From positions 27,468,001 through 27,532,000 of the forward strand of contig NC_058368.1 of the NCBI RefSeq assembly GCF_018350175.1: 64,000 nucleotides of DNA, in the 5' to 3' direction. Source of the DNA: Felis catus. Lineage: Eukaryota. A model generated the notes under the pieces. The model saw only the letters and a list, made by a program, of their open reading frames with translations. It made no database searches and was not told the origin of the DNA. This document shows, piece by piece, positions 37,861-50,171 of the stretch (the first letter of the stretch is position 1; every line of letters begins with the position of its first letter). The position numbers and the translations under genes are program-made.

Positions 37861-39704
37861 GAAAAGAACTCTGAGCAGTATCTAGTGCACAGTAAGAGGT
37901 ACCGAGTACTGGTTGCCATTTGTTTTGTGCTTTAAAGTCCACAGGAGATCTATCAGTTCGAGATCTTTGCCACAGCCTAGAGGTCAGATGAATTTTAAGT
38001 AGCTTGCCCAAAGACCAGTACTAACATATGGCGGGGCCAGCACGCAAATTCAAGTCCTCAGAGCAGTCGGTGAGTTTCTCTCCAATTCCCTTGTCTCGCA
38101 AAGGAGAAAACACCCAAAGAGTTTAAGTGATTTAGACAAGATGAGGAAGCTGGCTAACGGTCATTCCATGGCCGGATTCCAAATGTTGTGTCTCAACCTT
38201 TCTGTCTTCCGGCAAGTGAGGAGTTTGCTTGCTTGCTTGCTTGCTGAATGAGCTTTCTGATGAGATCAGGCACGTAAGACACACACTGTGCGCCTGGGCT
38301 CCGGTGAGGACTCAGGCAGGGTGGCTACCCCTCTCACCCTGCATGCTTCTCCTGCTTCCTCGGTGGTTAAAGTCTAGCCTCAGGTCGAAAGACATCATGG
38401 AAAACAAGACTCCCCATGATTTGCTCGCTGTTCTGGTGAACGGTTTATGGGGAGGCCTCCAAGCGTTAGCAATGGAACGTGCACGGGCTGGTCAAGTTGG
38501 GAATTCTCAGTTCCTTGTTACTGGTGTCGACATCTTTATCACCTGCCCTCCAGTACACGGACCCCTCCCCCAAACAGGGAGACAGCGACCAGGAGGATTA
38601 TTTCCAGTTCCCACTCACAGTCCCCCACCCCCTGTGGCAGTCGGCATTAATGTTGAAGAACAAGGCCAGGCCAGTTCTGGATCCGCACCCCAGCTCCACA
38701 CTTAGTGCCTGGGTTATCCTGCGTAAGGCACCTAATCTGTCTGGACCTGTTTCCTTGCGTGTCAGTCATTCCCTGTCTTATGAGAATGTAGTTGAGAATT
38801 AACAAAAGCGTTTTCAGAAGTCTGGCAAGCGAAAGGTTTTCAGGAATTATGAGTTGTCCCACTGTTCACAGTCGGCCACAGGGCTACTGCCCTGACCTGA
38901 CCCCGGCTGGCCTCCTGCATAGGTGTTATCTTGAGATCAGACTTGTTACTTTACCCTCAAGAATTCAGCTTTTTCTCTCCTTCCTAATGAACAACGCAAA
39001 GTCCCTTCCCTCCTCTTCCAAGGGAGATGGTGGTTATCCTGAAAACAACCCCCTGATAGGCTGGCTGTTACCCGGGTCTGTCAGCCTCTCCACGGCTCGG
39101 CCCGATCTGGGGAAGGACAGCTCGTCTCAGGGGTATCACTTGAATGCACTGGAGACTCGAGCCTACCATGGATGACCTGTGCTGTCCTCCTCCCGAGGAA
39201 AGAAAGGAGGTTGTTAAGAGGAGAACTTGGCTTCAGGAAACTGCTTTCTGGACCAAGTAAAGACTGGGTTGACCACATACTTCTCTGTACTTGTTTGACT
39301 TACGGGCACAGAGCTTGACCCATCTATCACAAAAAGTTTGAGAACAGAGCATCGTATTCTATCAGCATCGTCTTATATGTACATAGAGAGAAACCTCTTG
39401 TGCCAGGCACTGTGCTATATTTTGTGTATAAGCCTCACAATTAGGCTGAGAGAGCTATTATACACATGAAGAAACTGAACAGCTAGTAAATGACCTGCCC
39501 ATGGTTACACATCTTGGCCCAGCCCAGATTCAAATCCAAGCCTGGTCTGATTTTAAATCCCCATTCTTAACCTAAATATGCTTGTTCTTAAGAATTACCA
39601 GGGGTGATTAGTATATGATTAGAGTGTATAAAATAGAGTGTATGAGCAACATCCCAGAGAGGCTGCATCAGAGTCTCCAGAGAAGAGACTAGGGAACCTG
39701 ATTT

Positions 39705-39711
39705 AAAGAAA

Positions 39712-39787
<76 letters not shown>

Positions 39788-39851
39788 AAAAGAAAGAAAG
39801 AGAAAAGAAAAAAAAGAAAAGAAAGAAAAGAAAAGGAAAAGAAAAGAAAAG

Positions 39852-39882
<31 letters not shown>

Positions 39883-39905
39883 GAAAAAAGAAAGAAAAAA
39901 AGAAA
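39705..39905. repeat. Compound (GAAA)n/(GAAAA)n microsatellite
   Basis: About 200 bp of pure purine: perfect GAAA units followed by GAAAA units. Confidence 0.97.
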
Positions 39906-40960
39906 ACTCAGGTGACTGATATTTCAAAAGAAATCACCCCACCCTGGTTCTTCACCCATAACTGCTGAAATCATGCAGAGCTCGCAAAGCATACCAGTGC
40001 CTAGTTCCTGTGCACAAGCCCTGGGTTCTTTCCCAGTTCCGTGATTAACGCCTCTGTAGCTGACTCCATTTTCTCAGCTCCAAAATGGAGATAGATCCTG
40101 ACATTGCTGCCCTACGCATCTCCTAGGAGCGTTGTGACAATGAAACCAGGGTGCTAGGAAGGCATTCCACACAGAGCTCACTGAAATCTTTCAAAATCAC
40201 ATGAACCTTTAACAGGCTTTTGTGGGTTGACCTGGGAATCTAATAATCCCTTTAACATGGCTTCATGGGAAAATGCATTCAGATTTCAAAATAATTCACG
40301 CAAAAATTTTAGAATGCAATTTGTTTTAACTTTCAGGGCCACCTCGAAAGGTCTTTTGTTATAGGTCTAGGAATATCAACTATATCATGTGAAATCTTCT
40401 CTATGTGAACATTAAATGAACAGTTGGCTTGACTTCCTGGTCTATTCGGTTCTCTCTTTAAAATAAATGTTAAATTTATTTCACATTTAAATGTGAAATG
40501 GAAAGTGTAGACTCTAAAATATCTATTCAACGATTGTACCATGAAAAATAATAATAGGTCTGATTCATTAAACATTTCTACATGCCAAGTCTATGCTAAG
40601 CCAGTAGTCTTCATACATCATTATTACATGTTGTTATTCCCACTTGCTGAGGCTTAGAGAGACTAATTATCTTGGCTGGAGTGATTTAGCTCCTAACAAT
40701 AGTAGATACAGGATTCAAATAGAAATGTTAGCCCCACCCTGGTTCCAGGGTCTTAGCCACCTTGCTGTATGAGATCCCCATGCAAACGCATGGATTAGGA
40801 AGCAAAGACATGGAAACAAGAACAATAGCTGTATTAGAGCAGACAGATTATGGTCAGATTGCCCTTTATTTAAGATAAAATGAATTATTGGTATAAAACT
40901 GTATGTAATAAAGAAAAATTGATAGAAGAAAAAAAAATGCATTAAAAAATTGCCTGGATT

Positions 40961-41180
40961 GGGGCGCCTGGGTGCCTCAGTCAGTTAAGCTTCCGACTCT
41001 TGATTTTGGCTCAGGTCACGATCTCACAATTTGTGGGATCGAGCCCCCAGTCGGGCTCTGCGCTGACAGTGTGGAGCCTGCTTGGGATTCTCTTTCTCTC
41101 CCTCTTTCTCTGTCTCTCCCCTGCTTGTGCTTAACTCTCTCTCTCTCTCTCTCAAAATAAATAAATAAACTTAAAAAAAA
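40961..41180 (+). mobile_element. Can-SINE
   Basis: ggggcgcctgggtgcctcagtcagttaag head, CT tract and A tail. Degenerate TSD ending cctggatt on both sides. Confidence 0.93.
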
Positions 41181-41766
41181 TTTAAAAGTACCTGGATTTT
41201 AAGAATGGATGTTGAGACTTTTACCGTTGCAGGTTCTGGATTTTCATTTCTGTTCCTAAACCTTTATGGTCTTCTGGTCCCTGTGAGAATTAAGGGAAGA
41301 GAAAGAAGAGAAGTTAGGGCAGCCAGAAATCTACTCAAATGCCCTTTGGCCCTCACTGAGTTAGACAGAAACGCTGTCCTTTGTAGAAGAGGATGAGAAC
41401 GCCGGGAGTGGTGATGAACTTGCTCTCAGCCCTCAGAAGTCCCATTCTCACCTCCTTTTGTATCAAGGGGGAGAGTGCTGTTGAAGCCTGGCACTAACGG
41501 GAAGCTAGCCATCCACATGAACGGTGAGCCTGGAATTTGCACCCATTCGTCTCCTGCGCCCGCACCCCTACCAGCTGCTCAGGGGACGACCAGGGTAACC
41601 ACGCTCGGTGCTTTACTGGTGCTCCTCTCCCAGGAGCCTTACTTGACAGCCAAGTAGAGAGCGTCGCGTTGTTTGGCTCACCGGGCAAGCGCCTCCTCAC
41701 CCCACCCCTGGCCTCCTTTCGGGGGAGCCTTGTTTCTAAAAGTGACTTTTCTTCCTTTCTAAACAG

Positions 41767-41898
41767 ATATCCGCCAACGAAATCGAAATGCTTCTGATGA
41801 GGCTGCCACGCATGTTCAAACAGGAATTCACAGGCGTGGGAGCAACTTTGGAAAAAAGGTGGAAGCTGTGTGCCTTTGAAGGAATTAAGACGACCTAA
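41767..41898 (+). CDS. ENOX1: ENOX1 terminal coding exon (ISANEIEMLLMRLPRMFKQEFTGVGATLEKRWKLCAFEGIKTT*)
   Basis: Pyrimidine tract plus aaacAG acceptor at 41765-66, then 43 codons and TAA at 41896-98. Phase 0 matches the upstream donor, and the C-terminus matches ENOX1 as recalled. Confidence 0.96.
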   Translation: MSANEIEMLLMRLPRMFKQEFTGVGATLEKRWKLCAFEGIKTT

Positions 41899-42760
41899 CT
41901 ATGAGGAATTAAACAAGTCTCTGGAAGTGAAACGGCCTGAACTCGGCCAGGGCTGTGCGCTGTGAGCACTGGAGGTTGGGGTCGTCCGGCGTGGGGCCCC
42001 TGCGGAGCCATCAGAGCCAGGCTTCAGTGACATCCGTGGCGTCCTCTTGTGAGTGGAAATGTAATTGTGTACCAGTTCCCTAAAACCAAGCTCCATACTG
42101 TGACAGATCTGTTCCCTATGAAAACCAACGATTCCACAGTCATCACGATGGCAAAATCTTAAAATATGCTACATTTGAGAATAGCTCACCGAGCAGAATA
42201 TTTAAAGTGAATGATGGTGTAGCAATGGTTGTTGCTAGGCTACAGAGTTGTATATGTAATGTATAGCGGAAATCATTCAATGACATTTTCCGGAAAGTCT
42301 TTCTGTTTTAGTAAAAAAAAACAAAACAAAACAACAACAACAAAAATAAAAATAAAAAAGTAATTTTACAGTGAGAAAAAATCATACCAAAAGAAAACTT
42401 GAATATGTGTCTGAACATTTATTGTATTTTGTAAATTAAGTTATATGCTATTCCAGGGACTTTTGCCTTATTGAAGAGGCAGAAAATGTGATTGGACTCC
42501 TTGGACTCCTTGAGAATGCTTTATCAAGAATATTATTTTTCTAATGTAACAATTCTCCGTCATCACTTCTTTTAACATGGACTGCATAACAGTTTTCATA
42601 AAATGTAAATAAAGGAAAAGCTAGTGCTCCTGTCTTGTACTTGGTATGTAATATTCAGGTTTATGCATCAAAATAAACATTCAGTAAATATTCCTGTTAC
42701 AAATTTTATAGCAAAGATATTAATTTTTTTCAATAAATATGACTTCTGCCATATTGGTTT
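41899..42760 (+). other. ENOX1: ENOX1 3' UTR (end approximate)
   Basis: Repeat-free sequence after the stop codon that becomes AU-rich and ends in a cluster of AATAAA hexamers followed by T/GT-rich sequence. Confidence 0.75.
42608..42737 (+). terminator. Cluster of polyadenylation signals (AATAAA at 42608, 42672, 42732; further copies at 42345 and 42351)
   Basis: Hexamers read directly. The one at 42732 is followed by ttggttttg, which resembles a GU/U-rich downstream element. Confidence 0.65.
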
Positions 42761-42983
42761 TGCAAATTATTCTTTGATACATTGTATTCACCCTTAAGAA
42801 GTCTTTTGCACATTATCCAGTCCCATCTCATATCCAACCATTTTTAAATGATTTTCTACATGAATGGCACTGAGACAAAAGATTATGTCAAATAGAAATG
42901 TATAAAAACTGAAGTGGGAAGTACCACGAAAAGCAGATTATACAGTATTAGAGTATATGTCGTTTCTAAAATACCAACACCTA

Positions 42984-43229
42984 GGGGCGCCTGGGTGGCG
43001 CAGTCGGTTAAGCGTCCGACTTCAGCCAGGTCACGATCTTGCGGTCCGTGAGTTCGAGCCCCGCGTCGGGCTCTGGGCTGATGGCTCAGAGCCTGGAGCC
43101 TGTTTCCGATTCTGTGTCTCCCTCTCTCTCTGCTCCTCCCCCGTTCGTGCTCTGTCTCTCTCTGTCTCAAAAATAAATAAATGTTGAAAAAAAAAATAAA
43201 ATAAATAAAAATAAAAAAATAAAATAAAA
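42984..43229 (+). mobile_element. Young felid SINE (SINEC_Fc-like)
   Basis: CpG-rich intact body and patterned (TAAAA)n tail. Perfect TSD taaaataccaacacct at 42967-42982 and 43230-43245. Confidence 0.96.
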
Positions 43230-43499
43230 TAAAATACCAACACCTTGATCCAAGTATAATCAACATAAATATTACCTTTGTCTGCAAAGGCAAATACAAA
43301 AGAGCCAATTAGTTAATTCCTGGGTTTATTTAGTTGTATGTTTGCTGCAAAACATACAAGTTAGAAAAGGAATTAAAGAATTCATACCTGGGCCAACAGT
43401 TCAATCAGAATTTGGGCTTTCACTATTTCTTTTAATTACAAGTAGGATACAGCTTTCAATTGTATCTCCTTCCTGCTCTCTTACATAGGAATCACAAAA

Positions 43500-43677
43500 A
43501 GGGAGAATTAGAGAGCAGGGGAGGGGCAGAGAGAGAGACAGAGAGAGAGAATCCCAAGCAGGCTCCGTGGTGTCGGCACAGAGCCCTACGTGGGGCTTGA
43601 TCTCACAACCTTGAGATCATGACCGGAGCCGAAATCAAGAGTCAGACGCTTCACCAACGGAGCCACCCAGGCGCCCT
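43500..43677 (-). mobile_element. Can-SINE lacking its A tail
   Basis: gagagaatcccaagcaggctcc...gagccacccaggcgccc on the reverse strand, with no T-rich tail at the left end. Confidence 0.88.
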
Positions 43678-44473
43678 GATACTAACCTCATTTTATTTTT
43701 TTCTCACGTTCATTTTAAATGAAACTGTCACACAGACAGCTGAGCAGTGAATTTTCTTTGAAATTCTGAAAAGATGTTCATGATATCCTATTAGGAAATT
43801 ATTGTCTTCAGGATCTTTTTATTGCGCTGTTTTGTTCAGACTCAGTGCTAATCCTGTGAATATGGAGATAGATAAGAAAAGACCCTGTCCTTGATGAGCT
43901 CAGAGTTCAACAGGAAAAAGTGTCCCGAAAGTTTCTATATAACGTGAGCCAGGTGTCAGGAAAGATATAACAAGGGTGCATTGGGATCCAAACTAAATGT
44001 CAATATCATATTAAAAGTTGACAAGCCAGAGGCCTCTCCCATACCGTCTATTGACTCCCATCACCCCGACAGCTTTATCTCTACGTCAGGAGACACAGAA
44101 GGATACAACAGCCAGAAAGGAGGTGACCTCGTTTCCGAATACTGTCATCACAAAACAGAAAACCTAAGAGGTTTGCTTGAGAATAATCAGAAGAAAAAGA
44201 TTTCCACGAAGCGGCCCGTCAAAGACAGGCGGGGAACTGCAATCTAGACTATCGCTAACGGAAAGCAGGGGAGGGGTTTTCAGATGCGCGCACACGTTTG
44301 CAAGGCCTTGGACTAGATCTGACAAGACGACACCATTTCCTAAACACGTGGTTCTGAGCCCTAAACGGCAACACAGAGGACTGAAATGGTTAACGCAGCT
44401 TCCAAAAATATTTGCGTCATTCCCAGAGGCAAGGGTCTGCCTCACGAGGATCTATTTTGGCTGTGACATTCTT

Positions 44474-44706
44474 TTTTTTTTTTTTTTTTTAATTTTTTTT
44501 TCAACGTTTTTATTTATTTTTGGGACAGAGAGAGACAGAGCATGAACGGGGGAGGGGCAGAGAGAGAGGGAGACACAGAATCGGAAACAGGCTCCAGGCT
44601 CCGAGCCATCAGCCCAGAGCCTGACGCGGGGCTCGAACTCCGGGACCGCGAGATCGTGACCTGGCTGAAGTCGGACGCTTAACCGACTGCGCCACCCAGG
44701 CGCCCC
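44474..44706 (-). mobile_element. Very young felid SINE (SINEC_Fc-like)
   Basis: CpG-intact body and long pure T tract. Perfect 17-bp TSD ttggctgtgacattctt at 44457-44473 and 44707-44723. Confidence 0.96.
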
Positions 44707-44929
44707 TTGGCTGTGACATTCTTATTGATACTTGAAACTAATTATATTAACTGTCTGGAAATACATGAGGGATATATTTTAACTTCGATTACGTGAATAA
44801 CTTATTTTTGTAGGAGAAACTTTTGAATTATTTCACAGACATTCAGAAGGGACCTTAGAGGTCACCTGGGGAAGGAACTGACATTGGGACCTTGGGGCCA
44901 TCTGGAGTCTACATATGCGTGTCACTGCG

Positions 44930-45120
44930 TTCTCTGTAATCCTTAGGACAGCCCTATATGAAGACACTATTATTGTCCTCAGTTGTCACACAAGGAGAAT
45001 GAGGCTCAGACGTCCTAAGTCATTTGGACAAGTCTACACAGTCAGTAAAGGCTGATTACGGGATTTGAATCCAGGGCTGACAGACTCCAAAACCCGTTTT
45101 CTTCTTTTCACTATGTCCTG
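44930..45120 (-). mobile_element. MIR SINE remnant
   Basis: tattattgtcctcagttgtcacacaaggagaatgaggctcaga...ggatttgaatccaggg...gactccaaa is the antisense MIR core. Similar remnants lie near 1130-1280, 2250-2370, 39400-39570, 40580-40770, 53620-53750 and 55780-55910. Confidence 0.7.
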
Positions 45121-46354
45121 CTTCTAGTTCGGTGTATCCCCACCCTCCCAAGAGCCCAGTGTCCTGCCAGTGCTTCTAGACCACTGCTTTTGCTCCATCC
45201 CGTGTACATGGGGGTGGGCGTGAAGGCTCTTAGCCTTTCTCTTCCAAACCTACCCGGCGACAAATCATGGTTCTTGGGTTCCTAGAATAAGCGGGGACAC
45301 TGAAAGTCTGGAGGCCCTCGTAACCGGGCCCCATTAGGCCTCTCTGGCTTGTTTTTTCACTGCTTCCCTGAAGAGGACGAAGCGTTTGTCGCCTTTCTGT
45401 TTTGCTCTGATTTTTCTATCCGGATAAAATGACCTTACTGACATCCAGTTACCACAAAGCCTTCCGGGGAAAGTGCAAAGAAGCCCCCCTCCCTCCCCAA
45501 CTCCACTGAGCTTTGCTTCATCCCCCAGCAGAAGTCACTTGTCCAGCCTCTGCACAGCCCGCCCACACTGACTTTTCTTCAGACACTGACGCCCAGCTGT
45601 CTTTGCTGTAACTCCTTCTAGAACGCAAGCTCTTTGAGAGATCTGAACATCTCCTTTACTTTGAATTATTTCTCAAGGTGGTTTTGCTTATAAATTTTGA
45701 GAAAACAAAACAGAGAAATGAACCAACGTGGTTTTGTGCCTCCAGGAACCAGTCTCCATGGACCCTTAAGAAAGAAAAACCACAAACTATTTGAAAAGCC
45801 CGCAAATATTTTAGATCCAAGATTACAAGGCGTAAAATGTGAGTGATAATGTAGTTCATATCACTAAAATGCAAACAAAACAAAACAAAACCAAAAAACA
45901 TCCCAACCAATTCCTTCTCAAAATTCAAACCTAGATAAATTATCAACTCTTCTACGAAGCCTTGACCCCTCAGGAACCTCCTCTCCAGCATTCCCGCCAC
46001 TATTCATTGACTTCTGCTACAGCCTTTATACTGTATTTTGATCATATGTGAATATGGCTGTCTTCTCCCAGTCTCGCGAGCTCCCTTACTCATCTTTCCA
46101 GTCCTCAGTCTAACAAGACATACCATGACTTTTTACTTTTAAATAAATATGTATCAACTGAATGAACCAAATGAAGGAAGGAAGAAGCCCACGCAGGAAC
46201 TTTTTTAAAAGTTGGCCGAATCAAAACATATTCAGGCATCAGGCCCAGGAAGAGAGGCGAGAACTTTCTACTCCTCAGTTGTAAGATCTTGGCAGAATTC
46301 CTACCTTGTTTTTCAATTTTTTCCCCCCACTGGGGTAACGTGTACGTAATATTT

Positions 46355-46685
46355 ATCACTTAACCCGTTTGTAATTGTACAATTCAGTGGCATTAAATAT
46401 ATGGACAGCTGCCAACCCCCACTATAATTTTACATCCTCCTCCTGAATGTGCCCATTAAAAAATAGCTCCCTATCCCCTCACCATCCTTCCGGCCCCTGG
46501 CACTCTCTATTCTACTGAGTGCCTCTTTGAATTTGCCTCTCTGAGGTCTCCCATGTATGTGGAAACGCAGTATTTGTCCTTCTGTGTCTCACTTATGTCA
46601 TTTCTGTCTTCAGTGTTCACCCATGTTGTAGCATCTGTCAGAACTACATTCCTTTTTTGAGGCTGAATAATATTCTACTGCATGA
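46355..46685 (-). mobile_element. Old L1 (L1MB-like) 3' UTR fragment
   Basis: tgtacaattcagtggcattaa ... agtatttgtccttctgtgtct ... cccatgttgtagcat ... ggctgaataatattc. Confidence 0.75.
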
Positions 46686-47802
46686 GAGCTCTTCTTGTTG
46701 GCCTAGGTATCCTTCACCTGGTGCAACAAGGAAAGGTCAGGTTGTTTATGTTTCAAAATACTTAAGTACTTTCGTTACATACCACATCAAAAGCGACATG
46801 TGAAAGTGTAGAGAAGCTTGCTTCCATCTGGTAAACCTCTTGTTTTCATCAAGGGTGATACAAACGAAATGATAAAAGTAGAAAATGCTGGTAATAACTA
46901 TGGAGAAAACGAGACTGTGTAAACAAACAGCCACGCGTCAACTGTGATATGCAACAACTTGTTTCTTCTTGGTAAGGGTTGGGGGTGCTTAACTTGCAGG
47001 GTTTTTTTTACTCCTTTTCCTAAAAATGGCTGCTCTGTTTGTTGCACTCAATAAAAGCTGTTTTATCTTGAAACCCTAAGAACCATTTTTACCCTAATAC
47101 TCCGTTTCTTCTCATAAACCGAGAAAATGAAGAGATGTTCGAGATGCCTGCAACTTTACAGCTTGGCTCCCTTTATATCAAAATGGCAAAAGGTTAACAT
47201 GAATATTCAATCAGTCTGTCATTAGTATCTGAATAAACTATACTGGCATACCTCATTTTATTGTGCTTCGCTTTATTGTGCTTGGCAGGTATTGTGTTTT
47301 TTACAAATTAAAGTTTTGTGGCAACCCTGTGTGGAGCAAGTCTGTCGGCAGCATTTTTTCCAACAGCATTTGCTCACTTTGTGTCTCTCTGGCACATTTG
47401 GGTAATTCTAGCAATATCTCAAATTTGTCATTATTATTATGTGACCAGCGGTCTTTGATGGTACTACTATAATTATTTCGGCGTGCCACAAACCACATCC
47501 ATGTAAGATGGCCAACTTAAAGGATACTGTTCTGTGTATTCTGGAAGCTTAATCCAACTGGCCATTCCCCCCTCTGCCTCACTATTCCAAGATGCAACAA
47601 TACTGAAATTGAGGTCAACCAATCACCCTGCAGTGGCCTCTAGGTATTCAAGTGAAAGGGAGAGCTGCACTTCTCTCCATTTAAACCAAAAGCTAGAAAG
47701 GATTACACTTAGCAAGAAAAGCACGTCAAGAGCCAAGAGAAGCTGAAAGCTAGGTCTCTTGTGCCAAATAGCTAACTTGTGAATGCAAAAAAAAAAGTTC
47801 TT

Positions 47803-48006
47803 GGGGCACCTGGGGGGCTCGGTCGGTTAAGTGTCTGACTTCAGCTCAGGTCGTGATCTCACGGTTCATGGATTCAAGCCCCACATCGGGCTCTGTGCTG
47901 ACAGCTCAGAGCCTGGAGCCTGCTTCGGATTCTGTGTCTCCCTCTCTCTCTGCCTCTCTCTCTCTCTCTCTTTCTCAAAAAAAAAATTTAAAAATTAAAA
48001 AAAAAA
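47803..48006 (+). mobile_element. Can-SINE inside Tigger1
   Basis: ggggcacctggggggctcggtcggttaag head, CT tract and A tail; splits the transposase N-terminal region. Confidence 0.92.
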
Positions 48007-49994
48007 GAGGAAAGGCTCTTAAAGAAAATGAAAACCTAGCTGACACATGAATGGTAAAACCAAACAGTTTTATTGTAAACTGTAAAGTTTGAGTGGCCTG
48101 CATAGAGGATCAACCCAGGCACAACATTCCCTTAAGCCAAAGCCTAATCTAGAGCAAAGCCCTAACTCTCTTCAATTTGAGGACGGCTGAGAGAGGTGAG
48201 AAAGCTGCAGGAGAAAAGTGTGAAGCTAGCAGAGATTGGTTCATAAGGTTTAAGGAAGGAAGCTGTCTCCATAACATGAAAGTATGAGGTGAGGCAGCAA
48301 GTGCAACACATTATCCAAAAGATCTGGGTGAAATGATGAATGAAGGTGGCCACACTGAACAACAGATTTTCAATGTAGACAAAACAGCCTTCTGTCAGAA
48401 GAAGATGCCATCTTGGACTTTCATAGCTAGAGAGGAGAAGTCAATGCCTGACTTTAAAGCTTCCAAGGACAGGCTGACTCTCTTGCTAGGGGCTAATGCA
48501 TCTGGTGACCTAACGTTGAAGCCAATGCTCATTTACTGTTCTGGAAACTCTAGGGCCCCTAAGAATTATGCCAAATCTACTCTGCCTGTGCTCTGTAAAT
48601 GGAAGAACAAAACCTGGATGACAACACCTCTGTTTACGACTTGGTTTACTGAATATTTTAACCTCTCTGTTAAGACCTGCTGCTCAGAAAAAAAATAATT
48701 TCACTTCAGTATATGTCTGCTCACTAACAATGCACCTGATCACCCAAGAGCTCTGATGAAATGTACAAGAGTGATGTTATGTTCATGCCTGCTATGGCAA
48801 CACCCGTTCTGCAGCCCATGGAGCAAGGCATTATTTTGATTTTCAAAGTATATTAAGAAATATACTTCATGGAAACAATAAAGATTAAAGCAGAAATAAA
48901 GAAAATAGAAACTAAAGAAACAATAGAACAGAATCAATGAAACCAGGAGCTGATTCTTTGAAAAGATCAACAAAAATCCATAAAACTTTAGCCAGACTCG
49001 TTAGAAAAAAAAAGGACCCAAATAAAAATCAGAAATGAGATTAATAACAACCCACACAGCAGAAATACAAAAGAGTGTAAGAAACATTATAAAAAATCAT
49101 ATGCCAAAAAATTGGACAACTTAGAAGAAATAGATAAGTTCCTAGAAACATATAACTTCCCAAAACTGAATCAGGAAAAAATGGAAAATTTGAAAAGACC
49201 GATTATCAGCACTGACGTTGAATTAGTAATCAACAAAAACTCCCAGTAAACATAAGTCTGAGGCCAGACAGCTTCACAGGTGAATTCTACTACACATTTA
49301 AAGAAAAGTTGGTACCTATTCTTCTCAAACTATTCCAAAAATTAGAAGAGGAAGAAAGGCTTCCAAATTCATTCTACAAACCCAGCATTACCCTGATACC
49401 AAAACCAAATAAAGACACTACAAAAACGGAGAATGGCAGGCCAATATCTCTGATGAACCTTGATGCAAAAATCCTCAACAAAATATTAGCAAACTGAATG
49501 CAGTGATATATTAAAAAAAAAAAAATCATTCACCATGATCAAGTAGGATTTATCCCTGGGATGCAAGGGTGGTTCAATATTTGCAAGTCAATCCATGTGA
49601 TACATCTACCTCATCAATAAAAGACGGGATAAAAACCTTACGATCATTTCAATAGACGCAGAAAAAGCCCTTGACAAAGTACAATATCCACTCATGATAA
49701 AAAATCTGACCAAAGTAGGTTTAGGGGGAATGTACCTCATTAGAATAAAAGCCATATATGAAAATCCCACAGCTTAAATCATGCTCGATGGTAAAACAAA
49801 AAACAAAACAACAACGACAACAAAACAAAAGCCAAAAAACAAACAGACAAAAAGAACATATTCCCTAAGGTCAAGAACAAGATAGGGATATCCACTCTTA
49901 CCACTATTATTTGACTTAGTACTGGAAGTCCTAAGTACCTAGTACTTAGTCCAGAAATAAAAGGCATCCAAATTGGTAAGGAAGAAGTTAAACT

Positions 49995-50121
49995 GGGGGC
50001 ACCTGGGTGGCTCAGTCAATTAGGCATCCGACTTCGGCTTAGGTCATGATCTCACAATTCACGGGTTGAAGCCCCAGGTTGGACTCTGTGTTGACAGCTC
50101 AAAGCCTGGAGCCTGCTTCAG

Positions 50122-50171
<50 letters not shown>

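Noticed and set aside
39703..39927. Phe/Ser/Leu-rich hydrophobic ORF
   Set aside because: Translation of the (TTTC)n microsatellite.
42984..43060. tRNA gene (A/B-box-like motifs in SINE heads)
   Set aside because: These are the tRNA-derived heads of Can-SINEs, followed by a CT tract, A tail and TSDs.
48333..48698. TIGD1-like domesticated transposase gene
   Set aside because: The frame is broken by stops, a SINE and a 3.6-kb L1; it is an ordinary dead Tigger1 copy.
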